Source of the DNA: Burkholderiaceae bacterium
GTDB lineage: Bacteria; Pseudomonadota; Gammaproteobacteria; Burkholderiales; Burkholderiaceae_F
Length of the DNA stretch: 55,229 nt
Reading direction: 5' to 3'
Assembly (NCBI GenBank): GCA_035524275.1
Contig: DATKPC010000103.1
Location: forward strand, 1 to 55,229
A program made the position numbers and the translations under genes. The notes under the pieces are model-generated. The model worked only from the letters and a program-made list of their open reading frames with translations. It made no database searches and was not told the DNA's origin. Numbering within the stretch: the stretch's first letter is position 1; the number at the start of each line of letters is the position of its first letter. Positions 10,191-22,099 of the stretch are shown here, piece by piece.

Positions 10191-11335
10191 CCGAATCCCT
10201 GGAATTCAAGCGTTCGAACGCGCTGTCGATGGGCGTCGAACTGGAGCTGCAGGTCGTCGACCGGCGCACCGGCGACCTGACCCGTGGCGCGCCGGACCTG
10301 ATCGCGCTGCTGGCGCGCAAGCCGGTGCCGGGCGAGGTGAAGCCGGAGATCACCGAAAGCATGATCGAGGTCAGCACTTCGGTGCATTCGGCCTACGGCC
10401 CGCTGCTGCAGGAACTGCAGGCGATCCGCTCGGCGCTGACCGCCGCCGCCGACACGCTCGACCTGCACGTCGGCGGCGGCGGCACGCACCCGTTCCAGCG
10501 CTGGTACGAGCGGCAGATCTACGACCGCCCGCGCTTCCGCCACGTCGCCGGCCTCTACGGCTACCTGGCGAAGCAGTTCACCGTGTTCGGTCAGCACGTG
10601 CACATCGGCGTCGAGGACGGCGACCGCGCGCTGAAGCTGCTGCATGCGCTGGCGCGCTATGTCCCGCATTTCATCGCGCTTGCCGCGTGCAGCCCGTACT
10701 ACCAGGGTTCCGATACGGCGTTCGACTGCTCGCGCCTCAATACGGTGTTCGCGTTCCCGCTGAGCGGCCGCGCGCCCTTCGTCACCGACTGGGAGGGCTT
10801 CGAGCGCTACTTCGGCAAGCTGCGCGCGCTCGGCGTCGTCGAGAGCATGAAGGACTTCTACTGGGACATCCGACCGAAGCCGGAGTACGGGACGATCGAG
10901 GTTCGCGTCTTCGACACGCCGCTCACGGTCGACCGTGCGGCCCAGCTGGCGGCCTACGTCCAGGCGATCTGCGCGTTCCTGGCCGACCAGCGCGTCTTCC
11001 CGCAGTCGGAAGACATCTACCTCACGTATTCATACAACCGCTTCCAGGCCTGCCGCTTTGGCCTCGAGGGCCAGCTGATCGATCCGCTCGCCGGCAGTGT
11101 CGTGGCCGTGCACCAGGACGTCATCGCGACGGTGGAGCGCATTCGCCCCTACGCGCGCGCACTGCAATCCGATGCCGCGCTCGACGCGATCGAGCGGATC
11201 GCGCGCGGTGGTGGCAACCATGCGCGCTGGCAACGCAGCGTCTTCCAGCGCACGCGCTCGCTGGCGGAGCTGGTCGGCGAGAGCTGCGAGGCGTGGCGGC
11301 GCGTCGACGCCACCGACGGCATCGCCAAGGGCTAG
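10187..11335 (+). CDS. ybdK: Carboxylate-amine ligase YbdK (glutamate-cysteine ligase family 2), 382 aa.
   Basis: MTESLEFKRSNALSMGVELELQVVD… is the hallmark GCS2/YbdK N-terminus. The family is conserved across the full length. Confidence 0.85.
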   Translation: MTESLEFKRSNALSMGVELELQVVDRRTGDLTRGAPDLIALLARKPVPGEVKPEITESMIEVSTSVHSAYGPLLQELQAIRSALTAAADTLDLHVGGGGTHPFQRWYERQIYDRPRFRHVAGLYGYLAKQFTVFGQHVHIGVEDGDRALKLLHALARYVPHFIALAACSPYYQGSDTAFDCSRLNTVFAFPLSGRAPFVTDWEGFERYFGKLRALGVVESMKDFYWDIRPKPEYGTIEVRVFDTPLTVDRAAQLAAYVQAICAFLADQRVFPQSEDIYLTYSYNRFQACRFGLEGQLIDPLAGSVVAVHQDVIATVERIRPYARALQSDAALDAIERIARGGGNHARWQRSVFQRTRSLAELVGESCEAWRRVDATDGIAKG

Positions 11336-11379
11336 CGCGTTCGCCTGGCGGCGACAAGCCGCGCGCCGCACGTCGAAAA

Positions 11380-12078
11380 CTACGGCGTGCCGGATTCCGA
11401 GGCGGCGTCGCCGCGCGCCGGATTGCCGGCCAGCGGCGGGAGCGGCGCGGCGAAGCGGGTCGTCTCCGCGTCGCGCCAGCAGATGCCCGTGTGCAGCCGC
11501 AGCAGCGCGACCCAGTCCTTGAGCCAGAGTTCCGCCGAAGACTGCGAGCCGTAGGCCACGACGCTCGTCAGGCTCAGCGCGAAGCCGAGCGCGAGCGGGT
11601 TGACCCGCGGATGCGGACGGCCGACGTAGCGCCACGCGAAGATCGAGAACGCGGCGAGCCCGATCGCCAGGCCGATCACGACCTCGGCTTCCGAATGCAT
11701 GTGCAGCACGACGCGTGACGTCGCGACGAGTGCGACCAGCGCGACCCAGCCGCCGAGCCACAGCGGACGCAGCACGCGCGGCGTGTGGGTCGCGAGCACG
11801 AGCGCGATCGTGCCGTAGACGATCGTCGAGCCGCCGACGTGCCCGCTCGGGCTGCGCACCAGCAGCCGCCACGTGGCGCCACACGACAGCAGCGTCAGCT
11901 TGAGGACCGCCAGCGTCGCGAGGCAAAGCACGAGCGCGCCGAGGAAGGCGGCCGCGGCGGCGCGCGATTCGGAGCGCCACAACGTGAACGCGACGACCAC
12001 CGACAGCGGCAGCAGCAGGTCGAGGTCGCCGAAATTCGTGACGAGTCGAAGGAAGTGGATCAGCATCGGGAGGAACAT
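11380..12078 (-). CDS. PAP2-family (phosphatidic acid phosphatase type 2 / lipid phosphatase) membrane protein, ~232 aa.
   Basis: Multi-TM protein with PAP2-like KxxxxxxRP…SGH…SRxxxxxHxxxD-type signature fragments (RSPSGHVGGS…SRVVLHMHSEAEV). The track ORF (351 aa) has an Arg-rich N-terminal extension that is probably not translated. The start is assigned at MFLPMLIHF. Confidence 0.55.
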   Translation of the reverse strand: MFLPMLIHFLRLVTNFGDLDLLLPLSVVVAFTLWRSESRAAAAAFLGALVLCLATLAVLKLTLLSCGATWRLLVRSPSGHVGGSTIVYGTIALVLATHTPRVLRPLWLGGWVALVALVATSRVVLHMHSEAEVVIGLAIGLAAFSIFAWRYVGRPHPRVNPLALGFALSLTSVVAYGSQSSAELWLKDWVALLRLHTGICWRDAETTRFAAPLPPLAGNPARGDAASESGTP

Positions 12079-12260
12079 TAGCCACGCGCGGCTTCCGCAG
12101 CGCACCAAAGGATACCGCATTTGTGTTATTCGGGGGTGATCGAGCCGGCCCCCGGCCGGATGTTCGGATCGCGCCGCGATCCGGCGCGGCGATTCGACGA
12201 CACAATTCCGGTGACGCCGAGCCGGACGTCCAGATGCCTGAGCAAGCCCGTGGAAACGCC

Positions 12261-13784
12261 ATGAGCCTTGAAGTCGAAGTCGACCGGATCCTCGACGCGG
12301 TCGGGGTCGATGCATCGCGCCGTCGCGGCGGGTCCCTCGCGGTGACCTCGCCGATCGACGGCAGCGCGATCGGCGCCGTGGCGCCGGCGACGCCCGCGGA
12401 TGTCGAGGCCGCGCTGCAGGCCGCGAGCGCGGCATTTCTCGACTGGCGGACGGTGCCGGCGCCGCGGCGCGGAGAACTGGTGCGCCGGTTCGGCGACGAA
12501 CTGCGCCGCGCGAAGCGCGATCTGGGCCTGCTGGTCACGCTCGAGACCGGAAAGATCGTCTCCGAGGGCCTCGGCGAGGTCCAGGAGATGATCGACATCT
12601 GCGATTTCGCGGTCGGCCTTTCGCGCCAGCTGCACGGGCTGACGATCGCCTCCGAGCGGCGCTCGCACCGGATGATGGAGACGTGGCACCCGCTCGGCGT
12701 CTGCGGCGTCGTCTCGGCATTCAATTTCCCGGTCGCCGTCTGGGCGTGGAACGCCGCGCTCGCGCTCGTCTGCGGCGATCCCGTCGTCTGGAAGCCGTCG
12801 GAGAAGACGCCGCTCACGGCGCTCGCCGTCGATGCGCTGCTGCGCCGCGCGATCGCGAGCTTCGCTGGCGACGCGGATGCGGTTCCGCCCGGCTTGGCGG
12901 CGCTGCTGGTCGGCGGCCGCGAGGTCGCCGCGCAACTCGTCGACGATCCGCGCGTCGCGCTCGTCTCGGCGACCGGCTCCACCGCGATGGGGCGTGCGGT
13001 CGGGCCGCGCGTCGCGGCGCGCTTCGGCCGGTCGCTGCTCGAACTGGGCGGCAACAACGCCGGCATCGTCCGCCCGTCGGCCGATCTCGACCTGGCGCTG
13101 CGGGCGATCGCCTTCGCCGCGATGGGAACGGCCGGGCAGCGCTGCACGACGCTGCGCCGGCTGTTCGTGGCCGGCGGCATCTACGACCAGTTCATGCCGC
13201 GACTGAAGCGCGCCTTCGCGACGGTCCGGGTCGGGGATCCGCGTGAGGCGGCGACGCTCGTCGGCCCGCTGATCGATCGCGCCGCCGGCGTCGCGATGCA
13301 GGCGGCGCTGGACGAGGCGCGCGCCCTCGGCGGTCAGGTGACCGGCGGCGAGCCGGTCGATCGGGGCGGGCGCGGAACGTACGCGCGGCCGGCGCTCGTG
13401 GAGCTGCCGGCGCAGTGCGGGCCGATGCTGCGCGAGACGTTCGCGCCGATCCTCTACGTCGTGCGCGAGGACGACCTCGAGCGGTCGATCGCGGCGCAGA
13501 ACGCCGTCGGCGCCGGGCTGTCGTCGTGCATCTTCACGCGCGACCTGCGCGAGGCGGAGCGTTTCCTGTCGGCGGCCGGGTCCGACTGCGGCATCGCGAA
13601 CGTCAATATCGGGCCTTCCGGCGCCGAGATCGGCGGCGCCTTCGGCGGCGAGAAGGAGACCGGTGGCGGCCGCGAGTCGGGTTCCGACGCCTGGAAGGCC
13701 TACATGCGGCGCGCGACGAATACGATCAACTACGGCGACGCGCTGCCGCTGGCGCAGGGCGTGCGGTTCGACGTCGAAGGCTGA
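12261..13784 (+). CDS. amaB: Aldehyde dehydrogenase, ALDH7 / piperideine-6-carboxylate (alpha-aminoadipic semialdehyde) dehydrogenase-like, 507 aa.
   Basis: ETWHPLGVCGVVSAFNFPVAVWAWNAALALVCGDPVVWKPSEKTPL closely resembles the antiquitin/AmaB signature. The catalytic ELGGNNAG and the …CTTLRRL Cys are present. Confidence 0.8.
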   Translation: MSLEVEVDRILDAVGVDASRRRGGSLAVTSPIDGSAIGAVAPATPADVEAALQAASAAFLDWRTVPAPRRGELVRRFGDELRRAKRDLGLLVTLETGKIVSEGLGEVQEMIDICDFAVGLSRQLHGLTIASERRSHRMMETWHPLGVCGVVSAFNFPVAVWAWNAALALVCGDPVVWKPSEKTPLTALAVDALLRRAIASFAGDADAVPPGLAALLVGGREVAAQLVDDPRVALVSATGSTAMGRAVGPRVAARFGRSLLELGGNNAGIVRPSADLDLALRAIAFAAMGTAGQRCTTLRRLFVAGGIYDQFMPRLKRAFATVRVGDPREAATLVGPLIDRAAGVAMQAALDEARALGGQVTGGEPVDRGGRGTYARPALVELPAQCGPMLRETFAPILYVVREDDLERSIAAQNAVGAGLSSCIFTRDLREAERFLSAAGSDCGIANVNIGPSGAEIGGAFGGEKETGGGRESGSDAWKAYMRRATNTINYGDALPLAQGVRFDVEG

Positions 13785-13848
13785 CGCGACGGCGGCGACG
13801 CCGTGGTCCGAGCCCAGGGAACGCAGCGCGAGGAGACCGGACGTGGAC

Positions 13849-14601
13849 ATGCGGACCGCAAGCGGTAGCCCGCTTTACCTGCTCGAGCGCAGCGACGTCG
13901 GCCTCGTGCAGCTCGATCGCGAACTGAAGGTCATCGCGATGAACAGCTTCGCGCGGCGCACGCTGCCGGTCGAGGACATGCAGCCGTTCGAGAAGATCGT
14001 GCTGTCGTTCCATCCGGAGCGTTCGCGCGCGAAGGTCCGGTTCCTGCTGGACCAGGCCGAATGCCCGGTCAGCAACCCGCCGCCGATGACGATGATCATC
14101 AACATCCCGGAACGGGTGCTGCTCGTCAAGGTGACGAAGCTCTCCGACCTGCGCGGCGACACGACCGGCTACGCGCTCGTGTTCTACGACATCACCGACG
14201 CGGTCCTGCGCGAGGCCGCGGGGGTCACGCGGGCCGAAGCGAAGCGCCAGCTGCTGAAGATCCCGACCGTCACGCAGAATCGCATCGTGCTCGTCGACGC
14301 GGCCAACGTGCGTTATGTCCGCGCCGAGGGCCACTACACGTGGGTCTACACCGCGCAGGGGGCGAGCTTCTGCAACCTCGCGATCAGCGACCTCGAGGGC
14401 CGCCTCGACAGCGGCTCTTTCCTGCGCATCCACCGCAGCTACGTCGCGAACCTCGACTACGCGGAACAGATAGTCCGCGATGACGGAAAGGTATTGCTGA
14501 AGCTTTCCGGCAGTGACGACCCGGCGCTGCCCGTCGCGCGGACCAGCGTCGCCCGCCTCCTGGCCCATCTCGGCATCGCCGAAACACCGCTCGAGCGCTG
14601 A
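13849..14601 (+). CDS. One-component transcriptional regulator: N-terminal PAS-like sensor domain plus C-terminal LytTR DNA-binding domain, 250 aa.
   Basis: The C-terminal half (IVLVDAANVRYVRAEGHYTWVYTAQGASF…FLRIHRSYVANLDY) is a canonical LytTR domain. The N-terminal ~120 aa has a PAS-like fold signature. An AGGAGA sits upstream. Confidence 0.72.
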   Translation: MRTASGSPLYLLERSDVGLVQLDRELKVIAMNSFARRTLPVEDMQPFEKIVLSFHPERSRAKVRFLLDQAECPVSNPPPMTMIINIPERVLLVKVTKLSDLRGDTTGYALVFYDITDAVLREAAGVTRAEAKRQLLKIPTVTQNRIVLVDAANVRYVRAEGHYTWVYTAQGASFCNLAISDLEGRLDSGSFLRIHRSYVANLDYAEQIVRDDGKVLLKLSGSDDPALPVARTSVARLLAHLGIAETPLER

Positions 14602-14786
14602 ACCCCCGGCTCGCGGGTACGGCCCGCGGCAGCGGGCTGCCGTTCGTGCGCAATGAGACGCGTTTCGTGCGGCCGGCCGCCTTGTTGCGGCGCACTCTCA
14701 CTAAGTTCGCCACGAACGACGCCGTCGCCGCGGCGCCGCGCGCGCGGCGTCGGGATCGACGCAAGAACACGGAGGAGGCAGTCGAG

Positions 14787-15653
14787 ATGATTCCCGCGGG
14801 GTTCGAGTACCACGCCCCGAGGTCGGTCGACGCGGCCCTGAAGCTGCTCGGCGACCTCGGGCCCGACGCGAAGCTGCTGGCGGGCGGCCACAGCCTGCTG
14901 CCGATGATGAAGCTGCGGTTCGCGCAGCCTTCGCACCTCGTCGATCTCGGCCGCATCGCGGAACTGCGCGGCATCGCGCACGTCGGCGACGAGATCCGGA
15001 TCGGTGCGATGACGACCGAGAACGACCTGCTGCGTTCCGCGCTGCTTGCCGAAAAGGTGCCGCTGCTCGTCGAGGGCGCCGGCTGGATCGCGGATCCGCA
15101 GGTCCGCTACAAGGGGACCATCGGCGGCGACATCTCGCACGGCGATCCGGGCAACGACCACCCGGCGCTGATGCTGGCGCTGGACGCGTCGTTCGTCCTG
15201 GCGGGCCCGTCGGGCGAGCGCGTCGTCAAGGCCGACGGCTATTTCCTCGGCCTCTACGCGACGCTGCTGGAGCCGGGCGAGATCCTGACGCAGGTGCGCG
15301 TGCCGATCCCGCCCGCCGGCAGCGGCTGGTCCTACCAGAAGCTCAAGCGCAAGACCGGCGACTTCGCGACCGCGGCGACCGCGGTGCAGCTGCAGCTGGC
15401 CGGCGGAAGGATCGCCAAGGTCGGCATCGGACTGACGAACGTCGGCGCGACCGCGCTGAAGGCGCGTGCGGCCGAAGACTTCCTGGCTGGCAGGGCCCTC
15501 GACGAAACGGCGCTGCGCGAGGCGGCCCGCCTCGCGATGTCGATCTGCGAGCCGATGGCCGACCTGCGCGGCGACGCCGAGTACAAGACCGCGATGTGCG
15601 GCGAGATGACGCGGCGGGCGCTGCAGGCCGCGCACCAGCGCGCCCGCGCGTAG
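14787..15653 (+). CDS. coxM: Molybdo-flavoprotein (CO dehydrogenase / xanthine dehydrogenase family) FAD-binding medium subunit, 288 aa.
   Basis: [21 protein letters not shown]… is the FAD-binding PCMH domain of CoxM/CutM. A GGAGGAGG RBS lies 8 nt upstream. Confidence 0.88.
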   Translation: MIPAGFEYHAPRSVDAALKLLGDLGPDAKLLAGGHSLLPMMKLRFAQPSHLVDLGRIAELRGIAHVGDEIRIGAMTTENDLLRSALLAEKVPLLVEGAGWIADPQVRYKGTIGGDISHGDPGNDHPALMLALDASFVLAGPSGERVVKADGYFLGLYATLLEPGEILTQVRVPIPPAGSGWSYQKLKRKTGDFATAATAVQLQLAGGRIAKVGIGLTNVGATALKARAAEDFLAGRALDETALREAARLAMSICEPMADLRGDAEYKTAMCGEMTRRALQAAHQRARA

Positions 15654-15670
15654 GAAGCGAGGAAACGACG

Positions 15671-16156
15671 ATGTCGACGACGCAGAAAGTCACGTTCACC
15701 CTCAACGGCAAGCCGGTGACGACGGACGTGGAGCCGCGCGAGCTGCTGATCCACACGTTGCGCGAGAAGCTGGCGCACACCGGGCCGCACATCGGCTGCG
15801 AGACCTCGCATTGCGGCGCCTGCACGGTCGACCTCGACGGCATGTCGGTGAAGGCCTGCACCGTGCTGACCGTCCAGTGCGACGGCGGCGCGATGCTGAC
15901 GGTCGAGGGGCTCGAGCAGGGCGGCGCGCTGCACGCGATCCAGCAGGCGTTCCACGAGGAGCACGGGTTGCAGTGCGGGTACTGCACGCCGGGGATGATC
16001 ACGCGCGCCTACCGCCTGCTGAAGGAGAACCCGGACCCGTCGGAGCAGGAGATCCGCTTCGGCCTGGCCGGCAACCTCTGCCGCTGCACCGGCTACCAGA
16101 ACATCGTGAAGGCGGTCCAGTCCGCCGCGCGCAGGCTCGCGGCGATGCCCGCGTAG
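15671..16156 (+). CDS. coxS: [2Fe-2S] iron-sulfur small subunit of the Mo-hydroxylase (CoxS/CutS), 161 aa.
   Basis: Two 2Fe-2S motifs ([11 protein letters not shown]… and CGYCTPGMI…CRCTGYQNI). Confidence 0.9.
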   Translation: MSTTQKVTFTLNGKPVTTDVEPRELLIHTLREKLAHTGPHIGCETSHCGACTVDLDGMSVKACTVLTVQCDGGAMLTVEGLEQGGALHAIQQAFHEEHGLQCGYCTPGMITRAYRLLKENPDPSEQEIRFGLAGNLCRCTGYQNIVKAVQSAARRLAAMPA

Positions 16157-16208
16157 CGGCCCGTCGCCGCGGCGCTCGACCCCACCTTCCACGTATCGGA
16201 GAACCCCG

Positions 16209-18614
<2,406 letters not shown>

Positions 18615-18630
18615 GCGGCGGCGCGACGCG

Positions 18631-19290
18631 ATGAAAGTGGAACTCGAGCGCAGCTATCCGATGCCGGGGTCGGCCGACGCCGCCTGGACGCTGCTGCAGG
18701 ATATCGAAGGCGTGGCCGCCTGCATGCCCGGGGCGCGGATCACCGAGCGGATCGACGCGCAGCGCTACAAGGGCACGGTGTCGGTCCGGTTCGGCCCCGC
18801 CAGCATGTCGTTCCGCGGCGAGGTCGAGGTGAGCGGGATCGATCCGGCCGGCCGCGCGCTGCGCCTCGCGGGCAAGGGAACCGACACGACGGGCGGCTCG
18901 GCGGCATCGATGGAGCTGCAGGCCCGCGTCGTGCCGGTCGACGCGTCGAGCTGCACGCTGGTCGGCACGAGCGAGATGACGATGAGCGGCAAGGCCGCGA
19001 CGTTCGGCGGCCGCATGGCGGGCTCGGTCGCGGACCAGGTGCTGAAGCAGTTCGCCGCGAACTTCGCCGCGAAGCTGCAGGCGCTGCCGCCGGCGCCGCC
19101 GGCGGCCGTCGACACGACGCCCATCGCGTCGTCGCCCATCGCGACGTCGCCGAATGCGGCCGCGCCCGCGCCGGCGCCCGCCGTGGCGCCCTCGCAGGGG
19201 CCCGCGCCGGCGCCGATGAACGGCCTCGCGCTGGCCTGGGCGATCATCAGGGACTGGCTGCGCTCGCTCTTCGCATCGAAGCCGACATGA
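18631..19290 (+). CDS. coxG: CoxG-like SRPBCC-family accessory protein with a C-terminal Pro/Ala linker and a hydrophobic membrane anchor, 219 aa.
   Basis: MKVELERSYPMPGSADAAWTLLQDIEGVAACMPGA… is the typical CoxG N-terminus. Its start overlaps the coxL stop region, and its stop overlaps the coxD start (ATGA). Confidence 0.78.
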   Translation: MKVELERSYPMPGSADAAWTLLQDIEGVAACMPGARITERIDAQRYKGTVSVRFGPASMSFRGEVEVSGIDPAGRALRLAGKGTDTTGGSAASMELQARVVPVDASSCTLVGTSEMTMSGKAATFGGRMAGSVADQVLKQFAANFAAKLQALPPAPPAAVDTTPIASSPIATSPNAAAPAPAPAVAPSQGPAPAPMNGLALAWAIIRDWLRSLFASKPT

Positions 19291-20180
19291 GCGACGCCCG
19301 CGGCGACGAGATCGCCGCGTTCCGGCGCGATCTCGCGGTCGCCGGCTACATCGCGGAGCCGGCCCTCGTCGCGGCGCTGCTGCTGATGCAGGACCTCGGT
19401 CGACCGCTGCTGCTGGAGGGCGACGCCGGCGTCGGCAAGACCGAAGTCGCGAAGGTCCTGGCGGCGCGGCGCGACACGCGGCTGATCCGGCTCCAGTGCT
19501 ACGAAGGGCTCGACGCGCATTCGGCGATCTATGAATGGAACTACCAGCGGCAGCTGCTCGCGATCAAGCTGCTGGAGCACGACGACCGCGGCATGCCGCA
19601 GAAGGAGCAGGACATCTTCTCGGAGCGCTACCTGCTGGCGCGGCCGCTGCTGGAGGCGATACGCTGCGCGGTGCCCCCGGTCCTGCTGATCGACGAGGTC
19701 GACCGCGCCGACGAGGCGTTCGAGGCGTACCTGCTGGAGATCCTGTCGGACTTCCAGCTGTCGATCCCGGAACTCGGGACGGTCCGGGCGACGACGCGGC
19801 CGCTCGTCGTCATCACGTCCAACGGCACGCGCGAGCTTTCCGACGCGCTGCGGCGCCGCTGCCTGTACCAGTACATCGACTATCCGGACTACGAGAAGGA
19901 ACTCGCGATCGTCCGCGCCAAGGCGCCCGATGCCGGGCCGGACCTGGCGCGCCAGGTCGTCGCGTTCGTCCAGGGCGTGCGCCGGATGGAACTGCAGAAG
20001 CGCCCCGGCATCGCCGAGACGCTCGACTGGACCGCGGCGCTGCTGCGGCTCGGGGTCTCGACGATCGATGTCGACGGTGCCGAGCGCATCCTGCAGACGC
20101 TGGCTGCCCTCGTGAAGACGCGCGACGATCGCGCCGCGTTTCCGCGCGAGGTCGTCGCGCGCCTGGCGGCGGCATGCTGA
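19287..20180 (+). CDS. coxD: MoxR-type AAA+ ATPase CoxD, 297 aa.
   Basis: Walker A GDAGVGKT, Walker B LLIDEVDRA, MoxR-family architecture. Confidence 0.85.
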   Translation: MSDARGDEIAAFRRDLAVAGYIAEPALVAALLLMQDLGRPLLLEGDAGVGKTEVAKVLAARRDTRLIRLQCYEGLDAHSAIYEWNYQRQLLAIKLLEHDDRGMPQKEQDIFSERYLLARPLLEAIRCAVPPVLLIDEVDRADEAFEAYLLEILSDFQLSIPELGTVRATTRPLVVITSNGTRELSDALRRRCLYQYIDYPDYEKELAIVRAKAPDAGPDLARQVVAFVQGVRRMELQKRPGIAETLDWTAALLRLGVSTIDVDGAERILQTLAALVKTRDDRAAFPREVVARLAAAC

Positions 20181-21331
20181 AGCCGGGGCCTGCCGTGGCC
20201 CCGCTCGACGCGCGCCTTTCCGCCCGCCTCGCGGGATTCGCCGGTTTCCTGAGGGCGAACGGCTTCGCGATCGGCGGCGGCGACGCGACGGACGTCGTGC
20301 GGGCCGCGCGTGCCGCGGGCGTCCTCGATCGGGACGTGCTGCGCTGGAATCTCAAGGCGCTGCTGTGCGGCCGAAGCGAGGAGTGGCGCCGCTACGATGC
20401 GCTGTTCGATGCCTGGTTCCTGCCGCCGAACCGCTGGCAGGCGCCGCAGCGCCGCGCGGTCGACGACGTTCGCCGCGACGGGCTCGACGCGGATGCCGGC
20501 GTCGAGCCCGCCGGCGGCGACTCGCCGCCGCGCGACGACGACGCACGGCCGCGACGTGCCGCGAGCGCGCGCCATCGCGACGGGACCGCGGACTTCCGCG
20601 ACCTCGCGGCGCGCGAGCACGCGGTCGACGTCGAGATGCTGATGCGGCGCTTCGCGCGGCAGGTCAAGCGGATCCGCCTGCGCCGCGACTCGATGGCGCC
20701 GCGCGGACGGCGCCTCGCGCTGCCGACGACGATCCGCCGCAGCATCGCGAGCGGCGGGACGCCGCTGCGTCTCGCGTGGACCGACCGCCGGCGGGTGCAG
20801 CCGCGCCTCGTCTGGCTGATCGACGTCAGCCGCTCGATGGCGCCCTACAGCTTCTTCCACCTGCGCCTGGCACGCGCGCTGGCGGCCGAGCGCAGCGATG
20901 TCCACAGTTTCATCTTCCATACGCGGGTGACCGCGGTCTCGCAGGCGCTGCACGACCCGGACCCGTGGCGGGCCCAGGAGCGCCTGCACCTCGTCGCGCA
21001 GGGGTGGGCCGGCGGAACGCGAATCGGCGACAGCCTGGCGGAGTTCAACCGCGCGCACGCCCCGCGGCTCGTCCACCGGCGCACCGCGGTGATCATCGTC
21101 AGCGACGGCTACGACACCGGGGATCCGGCGCGGCTCGCGGCCGCGTTGCAGCAGCTGCGCCGCCGCGCCCGGCGGATCGCGTGGATCAATCCGCTCGCCG
21201 GGCGCCCCGGCTGGGAGCCGACCTGCCTGGGCATGCAGGCGGCGCTGCCGCACCTGGACGTGCTCGCCGCTGGCGCCGACCTGGCGTCGATCCGCGCGGC
21301 GCTGCCGCGGCTGATCGAGGGTTTGCGCTGA
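20174..21331 (+). CDS. coxE: VWA-domain protein CoxE, 385 aa.
   Basis: C-terminal VWA/MIDAS-like region (WLIDVSRSMAPYS…IVSDGYDTG) typical of CoxE/VWA partners of MoxR ATPases. The start overlaps the coxD stop. Confidence 0.78.
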   Translation: MLKPGPAVAPLDARLSARLAGFAGFLRANGFAIGGGDATDVVRAARAAGVLDRDVLRWNLKALLCGRSEEWRRYDALFDAWFLPPNRWQAPQRRAVDDVRRDGLDADAGVEPAGGDSPPRDDDARPRRAASARHRDGTADFRDLAAREHAVDVEMLMRRFARQVKRIRLRRDSMAPRGRRLALPTTIRRSIASGGTPLRLAWTDRRRVQPRLVWLIDVSRSMAPYSFFHLRLARALAAERSDVHSFIFHTRVTAVSQALHDPDPWRAQERLHLVAQGWAGGTRIGDSLAEFNRAHAPRLVHRRTAVIIVSDGYDTGDPARLAAALQQLRRRARRIAWINPLAGRPGWEPTCLGMQAALPHLDVLAAGADLASIRAALPRLIEGLR

Positions 21332-21393
21332 CATGTCGACGGACCGGCGCGGCGCAGCCGCGCGGACCCCGGACGGCGCGGAGGATTGACCGG

Positions 21394-22092
21394 ATGGGTT
21401 GCCTGCTGAAGGGGAATCGCGGCCTGTACAGCCGGATGACGATCGGCGCCGTCCTGCTTGCAGCCGGCGCGGGGTCGCGGCTGGGCGGCCGACCGAAGGC
21501 GCTGCTGGAGCTGGGCGGCGTGCCGCTGATCCTGCGGCAGCTGGTCGCGCTGTCCGGCGCCGGGGTCGACGAGGTCGCCGTCGTCCTCGGCCACCACGCC
21601 GACGCGATCGAAGCCGCGGTCCGCCCGTTTCCGATCACGCTGGCGCGCAATCCGGCGCCCGACGACGGACAGGCCGGGTCGGTCCGCGTCGGGCTGCAGG
21701 CGCTTTCGCCGGCGCTCGATGCGGTGATCGTCGCGCTCGCCGACCAGCCGCTGATCGACGCGCAAGACATCACGGCGCTCATCGGCGCCTTCAAGAAGCG
21801 CGGCGAGGCGGCCATGGTCGTGCCGAGCGTCCGCGATCCGGCCGGCGCGAACGTCCCCGGCAACCCGATCATCTTCGACGCGGCGTTGCGCGACGCCTGG
21901 CTCGGCGGTGCCGCGGACCTCGCGTGCCGCCGCTGGCGCGCCGCGAACCCGGACAAGGTCGGCTGGTTCGAGACGGACAACACGCGCTACCGGATCGACA
22001 TCGACGCGCCGCAGGACCTGGATCGCTTCGCGGAACTGACCGGACATCGCCTCGCCTGGCCGCCGGCATGGACGGCCGCGAAGAGCGGCTGA
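21394..22092 (+). CDS. MobA/MocA-like nucleotidyltransferase (molybdenum cofactor cytidylyl/guanylyltransferase), ~232 aa.
   Basis: AVLLAAGAGSRLGGRPKALLELGG…ADQPLI is the typical MobA-like NTP-transferase signature. GGAGG sits 10 nt upstream of the chosen ATG. It follows the cox genes, as is common. Confidence 0.72.
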   Translation: MGCLLKGNRGLYSRMTIGAVLLAAGAGSRLGGRPKALLELGGVPLILRQLVALSGAGVDEVAVVLGHHADAIEAAVRPFPITLARNPAPDDGQAGSVRVGLQALSPALDAVIVALADQPLIDAQDITALIGAFKKRGEAAMVVPSVRDPAGANVPGNPIIFDAALRDAWLGGAADLACRRWRAANPDKVGWFETDNTRYRIDIDAPQDLDRFAELTGHRLAWPPAWTAAKSG

Positions 22093-22099
22093 CGACGAC

